DNA of 64,000 nt. Source: Lama guanicoe. Lineage: Eukaryota. The notes under the pieces were generated by a model, which was not told where the DNA came from, did no database searches, and saw only the letters and a program-made list of their open reading frames with translations. The stretch is from positions 1,407,520-1,471,519 of the forward strand of contig MU053561.1 of NCBI GenBank assembly GCA_013239625.1. Reading direction: 5' to 3'. Position numbers and translations under genes: made by a program. Positions 39,201 to 54,180 of this stretch are shown one piece after another. The first letter of the stretch is position 1; every line of letters starts with the position of its first letter.

Positions 39201-39405
39201 CTGACTGGTATATATAAAATAGATAAACAAGTTTATACCGTATAGCACAGGGAAATAATTCAATATCTCATAGTAGCTTATGGTGAAAAAGAATATGAAA
39301 ATGAATATATGTATATTCACGTATGACTGAAGCATTGTGCTGTACACCAAAAATTGAGACAACATTGTAAACTGACTGTACCTCAATAAAAAAAATACAA
39401 AAAAG
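36273..39405 (+). mobile_element. 5'-truncated L1 of intermediate age (ORF2 RT to C-terminus, 3' UTR, poly(A)), frameshifted
   Basis: ORFs 36885-37148, 37358-37564, 37707-37889 and 38512-38881 tile ORF2; TSD AATCCTTGTCTA at 36261-36272 and 39406-39417; TT/AAAA target. Confidence 0.95.
38058..38439 (+). repeat. Identical 150-bp direct repeat (38058-38207, 38290-38439) separated by an impure poly(A) tract
   Basis: Base-by-base comparison by eye found no mismatch. Confidence 0.95.
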
Positions 39406-40322
39406 AATCCTTGTCTATTAATTCCAACATTTGGGTCATCTCAGGGTTGTTCTCCACTAATTGTCTTTCTCACTGATTATCTATCAGTCAGGTTTTTCTC
39501 TTTCTTTGTACATCAACCAATTTTACATCGTATCATGGACATTATGACTAAAGCATTGTAGACATTAGATTCTTTTATATTCCTCACAAGACTGCTGATT
39601 GTATGTGTGTGTGTTTGTGCTTTAGCAGACACTTGACTTAACTGGACTTATACTGGAAATTCTGTCTCCTGGTTGTGAGTGGCAGCTTAAATAATCCCAG
39701 GTCAGTTTTTTTTTTTTGTTTTTCCTTTCACTGAGTTGCTTTGAATCTGCCCTCAAATGCACACTTCAGGAGGAGTCAGCCAGAGATTAAGCCAGAAGTT
39801 ATCCACAGGTTTAGAAATACTCTCTCTTTGGACTTCTTTCCAGAATTTCTGCCCTCGCTTTTCAGTAACTATGATTGCTCCAAGTTCTGTCCTCTGGTTA
39901 TTCAAGCCAATAAAATTGCAGGTTTTCTATCAGAATTCTGGCTGTCCTGCACATTGCTGCTTAGGGCCTGTCTTTGTAAAAGCCATAAAAATAGGAAACT
40001 TACCCTGTACCATCTGTTGGATGGAGAAATATCACATTCCTCCCACTATCTATTTTTGGTCCGTCTTCAGTGCTTTCAGCTGAATTTTTAAATTATTTTG
40101 TCTAGAGTTTACATGTACTATCCCTGAGAGGACTTTTTCAGTAGGAGGTGCTTGGCCATAATAACTTTTTTTTTCCATTAAGGATCTCTACTTTCATCTT
40201 CCCTCACTCTCCTCACTCCAGCATTATTTTACTTTTTTTCCCCACCCTGTGCCAGCAAACACTTTGGTCTAGGTTACATATTACAGTCAGCGCCACCAAT
40301 GGTGCTAGGGTATCAAGGCCTA

Positions 40323-40483
40323 TGTATTAGTTTGTTAGGGCTGCTATAACTGCATGGAGCCCACCCTAAGGGCCTCGTTTTAACTTAATTACCTCTTTAA
40401 AGACTTTAACTCTGAATCTGATAATAGGAGTTAGGCCTTCAACATACAAATTTGGGTGGAGAGACACAATTCACCTCGTAACA
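40323..40483 (-). mobile_element. Internally deleted MaLR (MLT1A/B/C-like) LTR
   Basis: Both termini present (tgtattagtttgttagggctgctataac ... gacacaattcacctcgtaaca) but only ~160 bp long. Confidence 0.7.
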
Positions 40484-42859
40484 GCTTGGCATCCCTTCCT
40501 CACGGAATTTTTTCAAACAGTATTTTCACACAGTGTTTTTAACTACATCGTGTACATTTTACCTAGAAGAGACCCATAGCCATTTGGTTTTCTTATTGCA
40601 GGAGGACCTCAAAGTGGTCCTTCCCATGTCTCCATTTTACCTTTGTCTATCTTTTCTTCCTTCCAAACTCGTTCCCATTAATACTGTAAACTTTGCTAAA
40701 GGAAAAGACCTCAAACCAAGTATCCTTAATCTGAGGGGGCTGGCTCAAAGCCTCACTAGTTCTGTGACGTTAGTTTGAACACTGTCTCCAAATCATGAGA
40801 GAGATACTGTGAGGCATTAAGCACTGATGTTACCAAAATTCAACCAAGGTAAGAAGTGTGTCTCCGGTGGAGGAAGCCAGAAGTTAATAACCCTTGCTCT
40901 ACTGACTGAAGCCAGTGATGGTAGTAAAGAGGAGGAAGAATGATGAGATCACATTTAAGGTTATTCTAATCTTAAAGTATTGAGATTCAATGTCTCTCTA
41001 CTTTCTTTAGGGCAAATTCTAAACTTCTTGAGCTTGGTATTCAAATCTTTCTACAAATTCAATTACATTTACTTTCATTTTTTATCTTTACTAGCTACTC
41101 CTACCCCGCAGAAAAACTCAACTCAAACTAATATGGATTATTTGTCCCTCATATTTACTTCTGCCTCTTTCCTTTTGCTTATACTGTGTCTTCAGTCTCT
41201 AATATTCTTCTTTATTCTCTCCATATACTGGAAATCCTCCTTCATCCTTCATAGTGCAGGTAAAATCCTACATCATCCATTGAGATTTTCTGATTACTTC
41301 AGTCCACAGTGAAATTTCCCTCAGTTCCATCACTCACTACCTCTGTGAACCACAGGTCTTCATTTATAAAAGAGGGGTTATTATCCCTGTTTAACAGGAT
41401 TGCTTTGAGGATCTCAGAAAACAGTTATAAAAGAAAACATATAACAATAACAAATACTTCAACAAAACTTACAACTTATGAGTTGTGCCACTCATTGTTC
41501 TAGAGTTAGGAAACGTTCTAGATTTAAACCCAGGAGGCTCCGGAGACCACAATCCCTCAGAGCAAACACACTATGTTACTGGGCAGAAGATGGGACTCAA
41601 TCTGATGGTTCTATTATTATTTTTATCACATATAGCTACTGAATTTCTCAAGAAAGCATTTCTTATTTTACTAAAAAGACTTTTAGCGCTTTCAGAACAG
41701 GGACACTGTCTTTTTTCCTTCTACAGTATAGGTTTGCATAGGAGTCACTTAACTAATATTTGCTGATTAAGTGAACAAATGATTGAACTTACCACAGAGA
41801 GATTATTTACTTGGTTTTACAATCACTAGATTTGACCCTTCACCCATATCCTTCTCAGGAAAAATCAGAATATTTATCCAGTGCCTGCTTCTAGATCAAA
41901 TACAAATTCCCCCAAGAGATGGCACTTCAGTACTCCTGGAGATTGTGCACTCCTGGAGATCATTCTTAAGCGCTATACCAGGCTCACATTCCTTGGGGCC
42001 TTTCTCATCAGAGTCTGTCTTTAGTGACTTCCTGTGGCTGCTGAGAAGCTGAAACCCCATTCCTGATTACAGCAAGCAGAGATTCTGAGGGAAAATTAGG
42101 TTGCGATGCCCACAACAAATTCAAGACTCTGGATGTGACTGAGGCATCAACTGCCGAGCCAACAAACCAACCATGGAGCAAAAACTTGTTGCACACTGCC
42201 TGTTGAAGAAGTTTTTGGTGACATTTGGGAACATGTAGGGCTGGCTGACTACAGCCTAATTGGACCAGCAGTATGAAAGAACTTCAGTGTGATAGCTAGC
42301 ATTTCCAGTGACTTAGGCAGTGAGGATGGATATTTTCTTTTCTTAAAAAAAGCTTCCTTTACCTTAACATACCTTTCCCAATGAATTCTGTTATCTCTGC
42401 TTTTCACCAGAAAATTTCTCAGTTCTGGACATCATCAAGCTACATCTCTCACTCACTAAAGACAGATGTCCTTCTGTCTTTATTTGGGGTCTTCCTTCCG
42501 CTGCTTATTGGAGTCAAACTATGAATTCAGGGCCACAGGCCCAATCATTTAAGTGGGAAGTTAGAAAAATGCCTTCAGGAATCCTGTTTCTTCTCTCAGT
42601 CTTGGAATGGAATCAAGCCCCACAGTTACTTTGTCAACCTTTGCTCCTAAAGCCAGACCATTTTTCCACACTGTGCATTATATAAATGTATCACACACAT
42701 TTTTCTAAAATTGCTGTTATCAGGCAGCTACCTGCATTTTCATGAAAATAACTAAAACAATGTATTTCTGCCTTTCAAGTTTTAAATTTAAATACCATTC
42801 TCATACAATAAAATACAAAAATCTTGAGGGTTACAGGTATAGGAAAGTTCCTTTCATAT

Positions 42860-44520
42860 ATGTATTTTTTAAATTGACTTTATTAAAGTATACTTAACAT
42901 AAAATACAGTTCAGTGGTTTACAATGTACATTTCAATGATTTTTGACAAATGTATATAATCATGTAACCATTGCAATAATCATGAAATAGAATATTTCCA
43001 TTACCTCAAAGAGTTCTGTCATGACCTTTTGAATTCAAACCTCTGCCAACCCTGTCCTCTGAAAACCACTAATATATTTTCTGACACTATATTTTTTAAC
43101 TCTTCTAGACATTCATATAAATGGAATCATACGGTGGTCTTTCGTATCTGCCTTACTTTACTTAGTATAATGATTTCGGTATTTACCCACATTGCTTTTT
43201 GTGTATCAGTAGTGCATTCCTTGGCACTCCACTGTGTGCGTGTGCGGGTGTGTTATTGTTTATTCATTAACTAGGTAAAAAGGCATTTGAGGTGTTTCAA
43301 AATTTTGACCATTATGAATAAAACTGCAATGACTATACAAATATAAGTCTTTGTGCAAAAACACATTTTTATTTTCTCTTGGGCAAATAACTAAGAGTGA
43401 GACTGACAGTTCATATGGTAGGTTATGTTTACCTTTTTAAGAAACCATCAAATTGTTTTCCAAAGTGAATGTACCATTCTGTTACATTACTGTTCTTATT
43501 ATGCATTTTACTTCTAGACATGTTGTAAATCCCACAGAACATTATTTTTCCTTTAATGGGGCAATACTCTTGAGAAATTAGGAAATGAAAAAAATGTCTC
43601 CTATATTTATCCACATATTTGCTATTCTCAGTACTCTGTAGACCTGAATTTCCATGTGGTATCATTTTTCTTCACTCTGAGAAACTTCCATTAATAATTC
43701 TAATAGTGCGTGTCTCTTGGAAATGAAATCCCTCCACTGTTTAACCAAAAATGTCTTTATTTCACCCTAACTTTGAGGAATATTTTCACTGGAATCAAAA
43801 TTCTGGGTTGACTCTTTTTTCAGTACTTTAAAGATCTCATTGCATTATATTCTGGCTTCGATCATTTCTTACGCGAAGTTATTAGTAAGTCTTTTTGTTC
43901 TTCTGTCATATGTGTCTTTTCCTCTGTTTTTAAGATCTTTTTATCAGTGGTATTCAGCAGTTTTATTATGTGTGTCTATCTGTATGTCTGCTTATATGGC
44001 TCGGGGGTCCACTGAGCATCTTGGATCTGTGAGTTTATACTTTCAACAAATTTGGAAGATATTCTACTATTAATTTTTAAAAATATTTTTCCCTTTGTCA
44101 ATCCATTTCTCCTCTCCTTCTGGTTCTCTAGTTACAGATATGTTTAAACTATTTCATTATTTCCCATAAGTTACTAAAGGCTCTGTTCATTGTTTCTGCT
44201 TGTCAGCCTTTTTTAATCCCTGTGTATTTTGATTTGTCTAGTTTCCAATCCAATATCTTCAAATTCACTTAGTATTTTTTTCTACTGACAATTTCTTCTG
44301 ATAATAAGCCCATTCAGCAAATTTTTCATTTCAGATATTGTATTTTACAGTTCTAAAATTTCCATTTGGTTCATTTTGTTAGTCCCCATTTCTCTTTTGA
44401 GATACCTGTCTTTTGAGATTGTTTCCTATTTATGATCAAATTTTCCCTTTAAATCCATGACAATATTTATAGTATTTAGTTCTTTGTGTGTCAATTTCAT
44501 CAATTTTTTTCATTTTGTTT
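42860..44520 (-). mobile_element. Old L1 fragments (3' end ~42860-43490; ORF1/inter-ORF region ~43490-44520)
   Basis: Typical antisense L1M 3' UTR and decayed antisense ORF1-like sequence. Confidence 0.7.
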
Positions 44521-47500
44521 TCTTTTCCTTTTTCTCCTAGAGTGCTGGTTTCAACTCTATTTATGGAAATTTAACAAATGGCTACATTAGACAAGGATAG
44601 CTCATCTGTAGAAGAGATGTGCCACGTTCTCTACCAAATTTCCTGTGGGGGATGGCACTTATATCTCCTAATTTTCTGGGGAAAGGGATAAAAGTTTAGA
44701 TTACCACCCAGGCCCTGATGCTCTCTTGAAAACTCCTCAGACCTAAACTTTGCTCCATGACAATGAGCAACAGAAGTAACCATTAGTAGTATTATCCATC
44801 ATTACACCTGACAAGAATAAGCTTATTCTTGTCAAGTATTTATAAATTAGATCTGAAATTCTCCCAATGGCCTTGAAAGATGACTATCATTATGCTTATT
44901 TCTTAGAAAACTATCTCAGGCTCACAGAAGTTCCAAACAGGCATGTCTGCCTCCAAGTATCATGCATTTGGTATTATGCACATTGCCTCTTGTCTCTGGA
45001 CAGCCTGTTTATGAACAGTCACTGAACATCCACTATGTAGTGCATGATCAGTGCCTTTCATCATCTTAGGTCTCCCTGGATCAGATGTGTAACCTTAATT
45101 TCTGTTGGGCTTGCCAGGTATCTGGTGTGAGACATTCAATTGTTATACACTTTTTTTTTTCTGATCCCATTTATGGTAATAATCTCTCCCTTCAATATCC
45201 CTTTCTTATTTATTCAGAAATTCTACTGAGAGAAGGGCTTAATTCACCAGACTCTCCATTTTTCCATGGCACCCTTAGAATTGTAAATAAAATTCCTGGA
45301 AGTTTTGTAATTCTAGAAATAAATGCAGAGATCGAGATACTACCTCTAATTCAGAAGAATAAAAACTACCCAAGATGCATTTCGTCTCTGATGTCAAAAA
45401 CTCTTTACACACATTTCCACACTGCCAAGTAGCCAATTTAATCTAATCAGTTGTCATATAGCCTTTCTTAATAAGAAGATAAAATAACTTCAGTTCCCCA
45501 ACCCATGAAATGCATGTTTCTCTGGAAATATTTCTGCAGAATAGGGTACTTCTCACCCAAGGCCTCCTACAGGATTAGATTCTTGCTTTGTCTTATACTA
45601 TATATACATGTACCTGATTCAGTCTGATCAAATAAAGCTCAACTGTCCACTGTCCAGAGCTCCAGCTCTCCCAGAAGGGCTGCAGAAAGTGGACTTTTCA
45701 AACAATGCTTCTTGCCTATGAAATCTTTCCCCCATGGTTGAGAGGTTTTTAAGAAATCCTCACACACATGAATCAATTGATGCCTCAACCTTAAGCAAGA
45801 CCTGGAAGGTTTTAGGCCAGAACCCATTCTGTAAGGTTAGCTCTTGCTTTGCAATGAGGTTAGGCCATTAGGTACTCTAATGAGTGCCCGACTCGCACTC
45901 CCATTAAAGATTCCCACTGAAGATTAATTTGGCTGCCTTGCAACATCTGTGTTCTGCTGACTCCTGTCTGTTCCCCAGGCTGTAGGGCCAAACTCATCCA
46001 TCATCAACAGACAGGCACTTGGAAGCCACCCCTTGCTGTTGCTTCCACATATCAAAGAATGAGTCAACTCAGGCAGGGAGATTCCTGGAGTGGCCTGTCC
46101 CAGGGGCTTCCTCTCCTCCAAAGCCCTTCCCAGGTGTCCCCACTTGCCTTTTGGGGCTAAATCTTGTAAAGGCACCAACACAGCTGAGTCCTTGAAAGTA
46201 CAGCAAATGGAGCATGCTGAAAGGTGGCTTTACAGAGGCATTACGGCCACCTGGAATCTGGAGACATTTCTGCCATAGCTCCCTACCCAAAATAGCAATT
46301 GGTGAAATTTAACCTGAGAACTGTTGTTGAAAACAAGTGTGAGTATTTTAGTTAATGGAAGCCATTCCAACTGTGAATGTGGGTTCACCTCAAGGCCCTG
46401 CCAGGGGTTTCAAGAACCTGGTGTCCTGTGCTTCTGCCCTAAAGCTCTCCTTGCTTGCTGAGAAAGTACTGCAGGTGAGTAGGGAAGTATTCCAAGTGTA
46501 GAGTTAAGAGCGTCTCTCAAGGACCTGAGAGAAATTCACAAGCATTGGCAGTCTTCAGACTCAGATGCACACAGTAGGTACACAGACCCCAAAAGGGTCC
46601 TCCGCACAGGCAGAAATGACTGTCCTGTGTACAACTTGCTGGTGATGCCCAGATTCTCAGAGGCAGAACCCTGACCTGCTACCAACTATGCAAGTTACAG
46701 ATAGGAACCCTGCCTCATGTATAGGCAGCTAAGAAATATGTCCACATATGAAACATACAGACCAAGTGAAGAAAGGCAATCAGTAAATAACAGAGACAGC
46801 TTGGATGGACAGGAAGTTCCCTTGCAATTGAAGTATTCAAGACTTGGCTGGTAAACCCTACGACAAGGAAGTCATACAAAGGGTTCAAGTATTAAATGAG
46901 TCATTTTTAAAAAGACTGTCTTCCTACTCTGAGATTCCACAGGCAATGAATTCTCCAGTCAACAGCACTTTCCAAGTAGACATAGACAAAAGCTACTTGC
47001 AAAAGTGTACAGCAAACCATTTATAAGTATATTCCATATCCAAATATATGCTCAGTATTTTTACCTCAGTTAAATAGTGTATCTAAACAAGCACAGAAGC
47101 CATTTGTTCACTTTTGCATAAATGAACTTACTTGTGTACAAAGGCATGCACACAGACAAGCTAAGGTAACTAAAAAGCTTGGAGAGCCTTTATGTGATAG
47201 TTTGAGTGATTTGATAACTTCTAAAACTACAAAACAAAAAGTCATTTTGACAACTGTTTCCTTCTTTACTTTGCTGAACTGAATAAATTAAGAGTGTCCT
47301 AAATAAAACAGTCCTTGGGAAAAAATGAGAGAAAACATAGATGGAGACTATGAAAGAAGGTTGGGTAAGTGCAGGGCATGAAAGAACGTGTTTTTCTGAG
47401 AAGCATTAACTGTACCTGTGAAAAAACAGGAGGATGAGGAGGGGTCAAGGGCAGGAGAGCCTTTCCCTGATTACAGCTGTCTTTAACAGAGTAAAGGGTG

Positions 47501-48974
47501 TTGAGTCGCCTTATGAATATACAGCATGTAGGCCCCGCCCCAGTCCAGTCTTCTACTGCATTTGTTTCTGCTAAGCATCAAGTGATTTAATGCCCAGCCC
47601 ACTTGTTTTATTTACTGCCTCTTAATCTCTTCAAGTGGACCACAGGGCCTTTGCACCAGCATGGATCAGTGAGGGAGCATTCAGTCCTCTCCTGCATCAC
47701 ATGGTGCTAGTTAAAGAGAAGAAAAGAGAGGAAAGTTATGGAGGAAGTAGAAAGCAAAGCAAACATAACACAGTGAACAAAGCTGAAGTTTTCCTACTAT
47801 GGCCTTGTTGGGAGAACTAAGGAAGGCACCAAGATGTCTTTCTTACCCCAAAAACTTTTTGGGGAAACTAACAAGGCAGAGTTAATGGGGCAGACATCAT
47901 TGCAGGCTATGCTGTGACTCCAAACCTGATTAGGAAGCGTATGTCGACCGCCTCAGAGTTTTACTTATTTCCAACTTTAAAAGGTGTGTTGGAAAGGGGC
48001 CTAAGTGCAAATCAAATAACCCTTACCTACTTTCACCTGGTAACCACATTTTAGAAGCACATTCACCAATTATAAAACTCACAATTATATGAACTATTTT
48101 TAATGTTTATCATTTAACTTTTAAAGAGGCTTTTTAAAGCCCTGGTTAATACAGTATACTGAATGAGCTTAAATGCAATTGTAATGAGAGCACTGATACA
48201 ATAAATTATTTAAAAGTCTCAATATCATAATTCATTCATTATCTTTATTCTGGCCAAATCTATACAGTGAATTAGGTCTGAATAACAAACAGCTTCATCC
48301 ACTATCCCCAGCTGCATTAAATAATTATATCAGAGTGTGCTTAATGACAAATATAACTAATTTCAATAGTAATATCTACCATTCATCCTGGCAGGCACTT
48401 CCAAAAATGTCTAATTCTTATACCCACCCTGCAGATTGCTATTATCCATTTTACAGAGAAGGGTACCGACCAAAGTCATACTAGTAAATCTCCTGTATTA
48501 TTCTCATCATCCCCTACTAAAATTTCTTGAATAAAATCATAATCTAACTAGGACTTGTGTACAAGCATCATCGGGTAGAGATGGTGACCTAACACACAGT
48601 ACAAGTGCTAACCTCCTGACCCCTGGATAAGCTGAGGACCCTTCAGCTGTACACTGTGGCTCAGCAGAAACGTTGTAGAGAAGGAGCTAGCAACCCTTTG
48701 GCGGCTGTGACCTTTTCCAAAGCACCAAGCACATACAAATATTCGGTCTGCTCTCTCTCCTTATACTCACAAGAGCAAAGGCCAGAGAGAAACATACTTA
48801 AGTCCAAAGAGAAGAGTTTTGTGGGCCACTGATGATCTTGTAGATTCTTAACAAATTCCCCTCACCTCTCCCACCTACGGAGAGATATTAAGGCTCACAT
48901 TGTTGTGAAAGCACACCTGTCATGCAGCATGTGATTTGAGATTCAAATTGATCCAAATGCTTAGTTATCTAAGA

Positions 48975-49145
48975 CGTAGTTACTTAAAGGATGGTCTGTG
49001 GACAAGCAGCCTCAGCCTCACCTAGGAACTTATTAGAAATGCAGAATCTTAGGCCCTATCCCAGACCTACTGAATCAGAATCTATAGTTTGACAAGATCC
49101 TCAGTTTATTTACATGCACATTAAAGTTTGAGAAGCATTACTCTA
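48975..49145. mobile_element. MER5A hAT-Charlie MITE
   Basis: cacctaggaacttattagaaatgcagaatcttaggccctatcccagacctactgaatcagaatct...cacattaaagtttgagaagca. Confidence 0.85.
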
Positions 49146-51464
49146 AAAGGCAGTCCTACATGAAGAGTCTAAAGTGAATTCTGAACTATATGGGTTATCT
49201 GACAGGAAAGTGCAGCTGGCATGGTTTCTTTTTTGTTTGTTTGTTTTACAGTATACAGGTACAGGAGCTGCTAAAAGGGCAAAAAAAAAAAAAGTCTTTT
49301 TAGTAAATTTAACCCCTGAAAAGTGTCCTGATTCACATTTTGTAGGATCAACACATCTTTTAGTAATTTGGGCATCAGAAGCGCTAAATTTTACAGCCTA
49401 AATATAGTCTCAAAATGATCTGTAGAATATTCATAGAAGGACAGTAAGTCTTGCTTCATTGGTCTTCTGTCTGAATCTCAATTTTCTGATTTTCTTTAAA
49501 TTTCCTTAATAGTGTTATAGCTAGAAATATATAAGGGTGTTTGCATGACTTTTTCTCAAATACAAATTTACCCTAAGAAGACTCACAGAATTTAACCAGC
49601 ACCAAGAATCCATGTTTTATGGCTTAAGGTGACGTGATAACTTTAAAGCTACAAGGTGAACCTCCAGGTGGTAAAAAGGTGAATTCTTTCACAGAATCCA
49701 CCTGTCTGCAAGTATAAACAGCTGTGGAAAAACATACAGGCCAGCCCAGCCTTCGCACCAACGTAGGAATGATCATTCTGGGGATCTTTGGTGAGGCAAT
49801 TTAGTGATCATCAAATAGGAGTAATTGTTCACTCCTCTAACAGTTCACCAGCTACAGGAGATGAAATCACACAGATAAACCTATTAAGAAGTTGCATAAG
49901 CCAGTAAAATTGTAAAAAGGTAAAAATGTGATAGACAGGAAGTGGGAAAAAAGGGAGAGAAGTAAAAAGAAAAGGAGGGAAAGAAAGAGAAATGAAGGTG
50001 GGAGAGGAAACAACGGAATAAAGATACTAAGATTACCCTGAACTAGGTACTGTTGTAGGCCCTTTAATACATATTATCTCAAATAATTACAGATGATAAA
50101 ATTGAGACCTAGAGTTTTAATCATTTTCCTAAAGGTCAAATAACTAGTAAGTCCAAGTACAGAACGGTTAGTAAGTTCTAGTATAGAATTTTAATCCGGA
50201 TTTGCAACAGTACCTTGGTGCAGTGATTCTAAATGTGTGCTGATAACAGAATCAGAGACAATGCATTTTCAAACTGGAAAGAACCTTAGAGGGAAGAGCA
50301 TTGAATATACGAGACTCCTAGAATTCAAGTAACTGGTGGAATTAAAATGACTGGCTGGTAGGGATTTGCCTGAGACCACACAGTAGGTAGGCAGCAGCAA
50401 GAAAGAATCAGAGCTGTTTTTGAACATATCACTATACACAGCGGAGGGATTTTGCAGAGAGCTTAACTGGTGAGCAATATGGTCACCACACGCCTGGTCG
50501 GAGATGGTTTGCTCAGAGGTTCAAAAAACTGGTTTCTATATGATTGAAACCAACTTAAAATTTGCAGGTGTCCAAAACTTAGCCATTTCTAAAACGTGTC
50601 CAGAGGGAACTGGCTTACCCAAAGTCAAATATGACTTCCTGTTTTTAAGAAATAAGGCTTAAACTGCTTGTTAAAAAGCCTCATTGAATTTCTTGGCCAA
50701 GATATAGCTTTTTTAAAAAAAAAAAAAAGACAGTCTATTTTGATGATATAAGTGTAACTGAATCAGAACCATATGGATTGCATTCCCCCTTTTAAACTAC
50801 ACATGAATTAGAAATTAAGTGTTCGTTCTTCTCAAAGTAATTAATGAATCAGTTGATTAAATATGATACTGCCCTTAAGTACCATGCTGAGCTCACACTG
50901 GCTCCATTTTGCAGGAATCAAGATACTTGCTGAATCCCAGACTCAGAGAGCTCACACACATTCCTGTTTAGGTCTTAGGCCAGTTTTCTTTTGTTTCCCC
51001 TAAATAAAGCCTACTCTTGGATTAGAAGCCTGGGCAGCCTGTTCACAATGCAGAGCCTCTGCTCAAATCTGTTTTCCTTTACGGAGGCCCTATAACGGTG
51101 GGGGAGGTACAGACACTTTCTATTCCAACTCCTGATTGGGCTGAGTTCTGGGACTGAGGCAGAAGGTTGGGTTCCGGGAAGCTTCTGAGAGGTGGGCACA
51201 GTCTAACTATGGTACCTCTCCACTCTTCATCATTCACAGGGCTACAGTCCCTTGAAAGTATTCTCAGCCAACCTGGCTTAATGTATTTCTCAGTCACCTC
51301 CCAGTCAATCCAGCTCAGTCTTCACTCCTGAATTCTTACCTAGCTGACCTCAGGGAAATGAAAAGTGAGCACTTCTCTTTCAATGCCATTATTTTACATT
51401 TTGATCACTCCTTTTGATAGGGGCATTGATATCTGCTGAACTCCTACCTCTTTGCCAGACTCCA

Positions 51465-51655
51465 TAAAAAGCATTTTACTCACGACTACCTTTAAAGGTG
51501 AGGTAGGTATTATTACCTCATTGAATAAGTGAGGAAACTAACACTTAAGAAGTGGAGTCAGGTGCTCAAAGCCACACAGCTGGGAAGTGGCAGAGCTGTG
51601 ATTTAGGCCCAGTTCCAAATGACTCTAAAGCCCACTGTCTTTGCACCACCCCACC
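51465..51655 (-). mobile_element. MIR SINE
   Basis: gtgaggtaggtattattacctcatt...gaggaaact...gccacacagctgggaagtggcagagctg. Confidence 0.8.
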
Positions 51656-52087
51656 ACCCCCTGTCTTTTAGGCATTGCTACAGACTCACATCAGCCCCTG
51701 TCCTAAGTGGCCACTGGCTTAAGCCCTTCTTCACTGTCGCTAGTTTACTTTAGAAGTGCAAAGAAGAGCAAAGAGATGGGCTGGCGTCACCGCTGCATGT
51801 GTAGGACAACAGTCATTAATTCTTACAGAACACCCTACCCAAACCCCATCCAAAGAATCAAGAAGCTATGGAAACCATGGAAACTGTCTTGGTACCCTCA
51901 GCTTCTACAATTCTTTTGTATACTTTTCTGTAATATTTACAATTTTGAAAGAAAAAAACTAAAGATTTACCCATGCATCATTGTATGCGTTTAATATCTA
52001 TTACGTCTAGAAGTTCATTTGTAAATTCTGAGATTATTGAGAATCACTACACGTTGAAATTTACTATAAATGATAGAATCCTAATAT

Positions 52088-52123
52088 GATACTGTAAATC
52101 AACTATACTTCAACAAAAAAAAA
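52088..52123 (+). mobile_element. Extremely 5'-truncated L1 tail (~35 bp)
   Basis: actgtaaatcaactatacttcaac+A(n), flanked by the degenerate direct repeat gatagaatcctaatatg / gataaaatcctacatatg. Confidence 0.65.
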
Positions 52124-52809
52124 GATAAAATCCTACATATGTTTATAAGCATGCTTTCAAAATTCACAATATCCCACAGATACACCTAATACACTGGTAC
52201 ACTACCTACATTCACATATACACAATATTCTAGTGAATAACTTCACACAGGAAAACCACACATATTTATAGCTCACTCCCACATAAACAAACACACCCAC
52301 ATAAACATATGGAAACAATATGCAAACACATACAAAGAGATTGGCAAATGTACTCACAAATAAGTCTGTAAAAAATGGAAAAATCACATGCTCATTCACG
52401 CTTCTCTCCCCCTTCCCTACATCCCTCCATCTCTCTCTTTCTCTGATACATATACACAAACATACACATGTATCAAAGTCTTTAAAATTGAGATACTGAG
52501 CGGGAGAAACTTCTTTGATTGAAAATACATCCTCTTATAGTCCTGAGGAATAAGAAGGGTTTTGTTTTGTTTTGTTTTACAAGCAAACTCTGATCACCCC
52601 AGACATACAAATATTCATGCTTCCGTAAGTCTAGACCTTAAAAAATCCTTCCCAAACTCTCAAGCCTGCTACCTGTTCTCCAATGCGATGTTTATCCAAG
52701 GGAAAATCTTACTTTTCTCTTTCTTCTGCTGCTTCTCTTCTCCCTCCTCTGCGTTCTTTAGTGGTGACAGTGGGCAATCACAGAAAAGATAATTCTAAGG
52801 GGAGAGCTC

Positions 52810-54180
52810 TTAAATTCACTTTTAAAAAGTTTACGAAGCACCTTCTATAAACCGTGATGAAAATATAACGATACATAACCGAATAGTTTCAAACTTCAAA
52901 GTATAGTGTGAGAAACAGATCCAGACACTATAATTCAACACTAAGTGAAGTACACTTTAAATGAGTTGCAAAAAACAAAAAAAAAGTGACAGTGAGAGAG
53001 AATAGAGAGCAAAGAGAGGTTGTGACCTACTATGCCTAGAGGGGGAAGGAAATTTTTCACAGAATAGGTGACAATACCAGGATAGAGAAATTCGAAGAGC
53101 TTTCCAAGCAGAGTAAACAACATGTGTATAGGCATAAAGGAGAGGAATGCAGACCACACCTGGGATATATTTAGCAGCTTAGCGTGGCTAGGATAATGGG
53201 GTGAAGATTTCAGAAGGTGTGGCATGGAGTGAGGCTGGAATAGTGGGTAGAAGACTACAGCTAAGGAGTTCAGACTTTTTAGTGCTGTATGCAATGAGCA
53301 TCAATCCAGAGCCTTATGCAGAATGGTCTTCTGATAATTCCTAGGTTTAGGAAAATAAACTTTCTTCAGTGAGGAAGATGGAAAGACTAAAGGAAGGGAG
53401 ACCAGTTAGAAGATTGCCATGACACCAGAAAGAGAGGAGGACATGTACTAAGGCAGTGGCCCACTTACTTATAAGACCAAGTCAGAAACTCCAGAGTTTC
53501 CTCCAGACACTTCCATCCCTCCTTCTTCCACCACCTCCATCCTATCTATTACCAGTGTCTCAATGTGTCTGCCTCATAAATTCTATTTTATGATAGACTA
53601 TTTTAACATTCCCCCTCCACCTCACCATCTACTGACACATGCATCATTTTAGATGAATTTTATCAGTTCTGTTCCATGCCGAAAATTATTGTATGCTGGT
53701 GCTCCCCTTGCTTTAAAGTCCAAACCCACCAACAAGAAACACATGACTCTGCCCACTTCTCCAGCCTCATTTCCAACAGCTTCCCCTCCAACTATGTCAA
53801 TCATCTTGCTCTTTCTCACTAATGTTTCTTTATGTTAGACAGACTCTTTCTTTGGCCTAGAATGGCAACCCTTCAGTTGTCTGTCTGACAAATTCACCCT
53901 TTAAGACTGAAAATACAGATCACCACTTCAGTTTGGTTTGATTCAACAAGATTCACGGAACATCCACAATAATCTGGGATTGCTAACAGGGAAAAAAAAA
54001 AAAAGACACCTCCTCTTCTGCCCTCCCAGAGCACCCTGTGCTACTGAACGATCTCTCACACTAGACTGCAACGGCTGTTTCTGTCTGTATCCTGGGGTAA
54101 TATGATCAACAGTAAAAAGGGCTGGGTCTTATCCAAGCCTTTTGGTGCTCAGCACAAATTTAAGTAATGAATAAAGTAAA
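52810..54180. mobile_element. Decayed L2 fragments in both orientations
   Basis: L2-like 3' motifs (agggagaccagttagaagattg; cacactagactgcaa...; taagtaatgaataaa); highly diverged, boundaries approximate. Confidence 0.55.

Larger units (their letters stand above)
35880..40135 (-). mobile_element. Ancient L1 ORF1/5' region (35880-36272 and 39406-40135) split by the plus-strand L1
   Basis: Decayed antisense ORF1-like sequence continuous across the TSD AATCCTTGTCTA. Confidence 0.6.
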
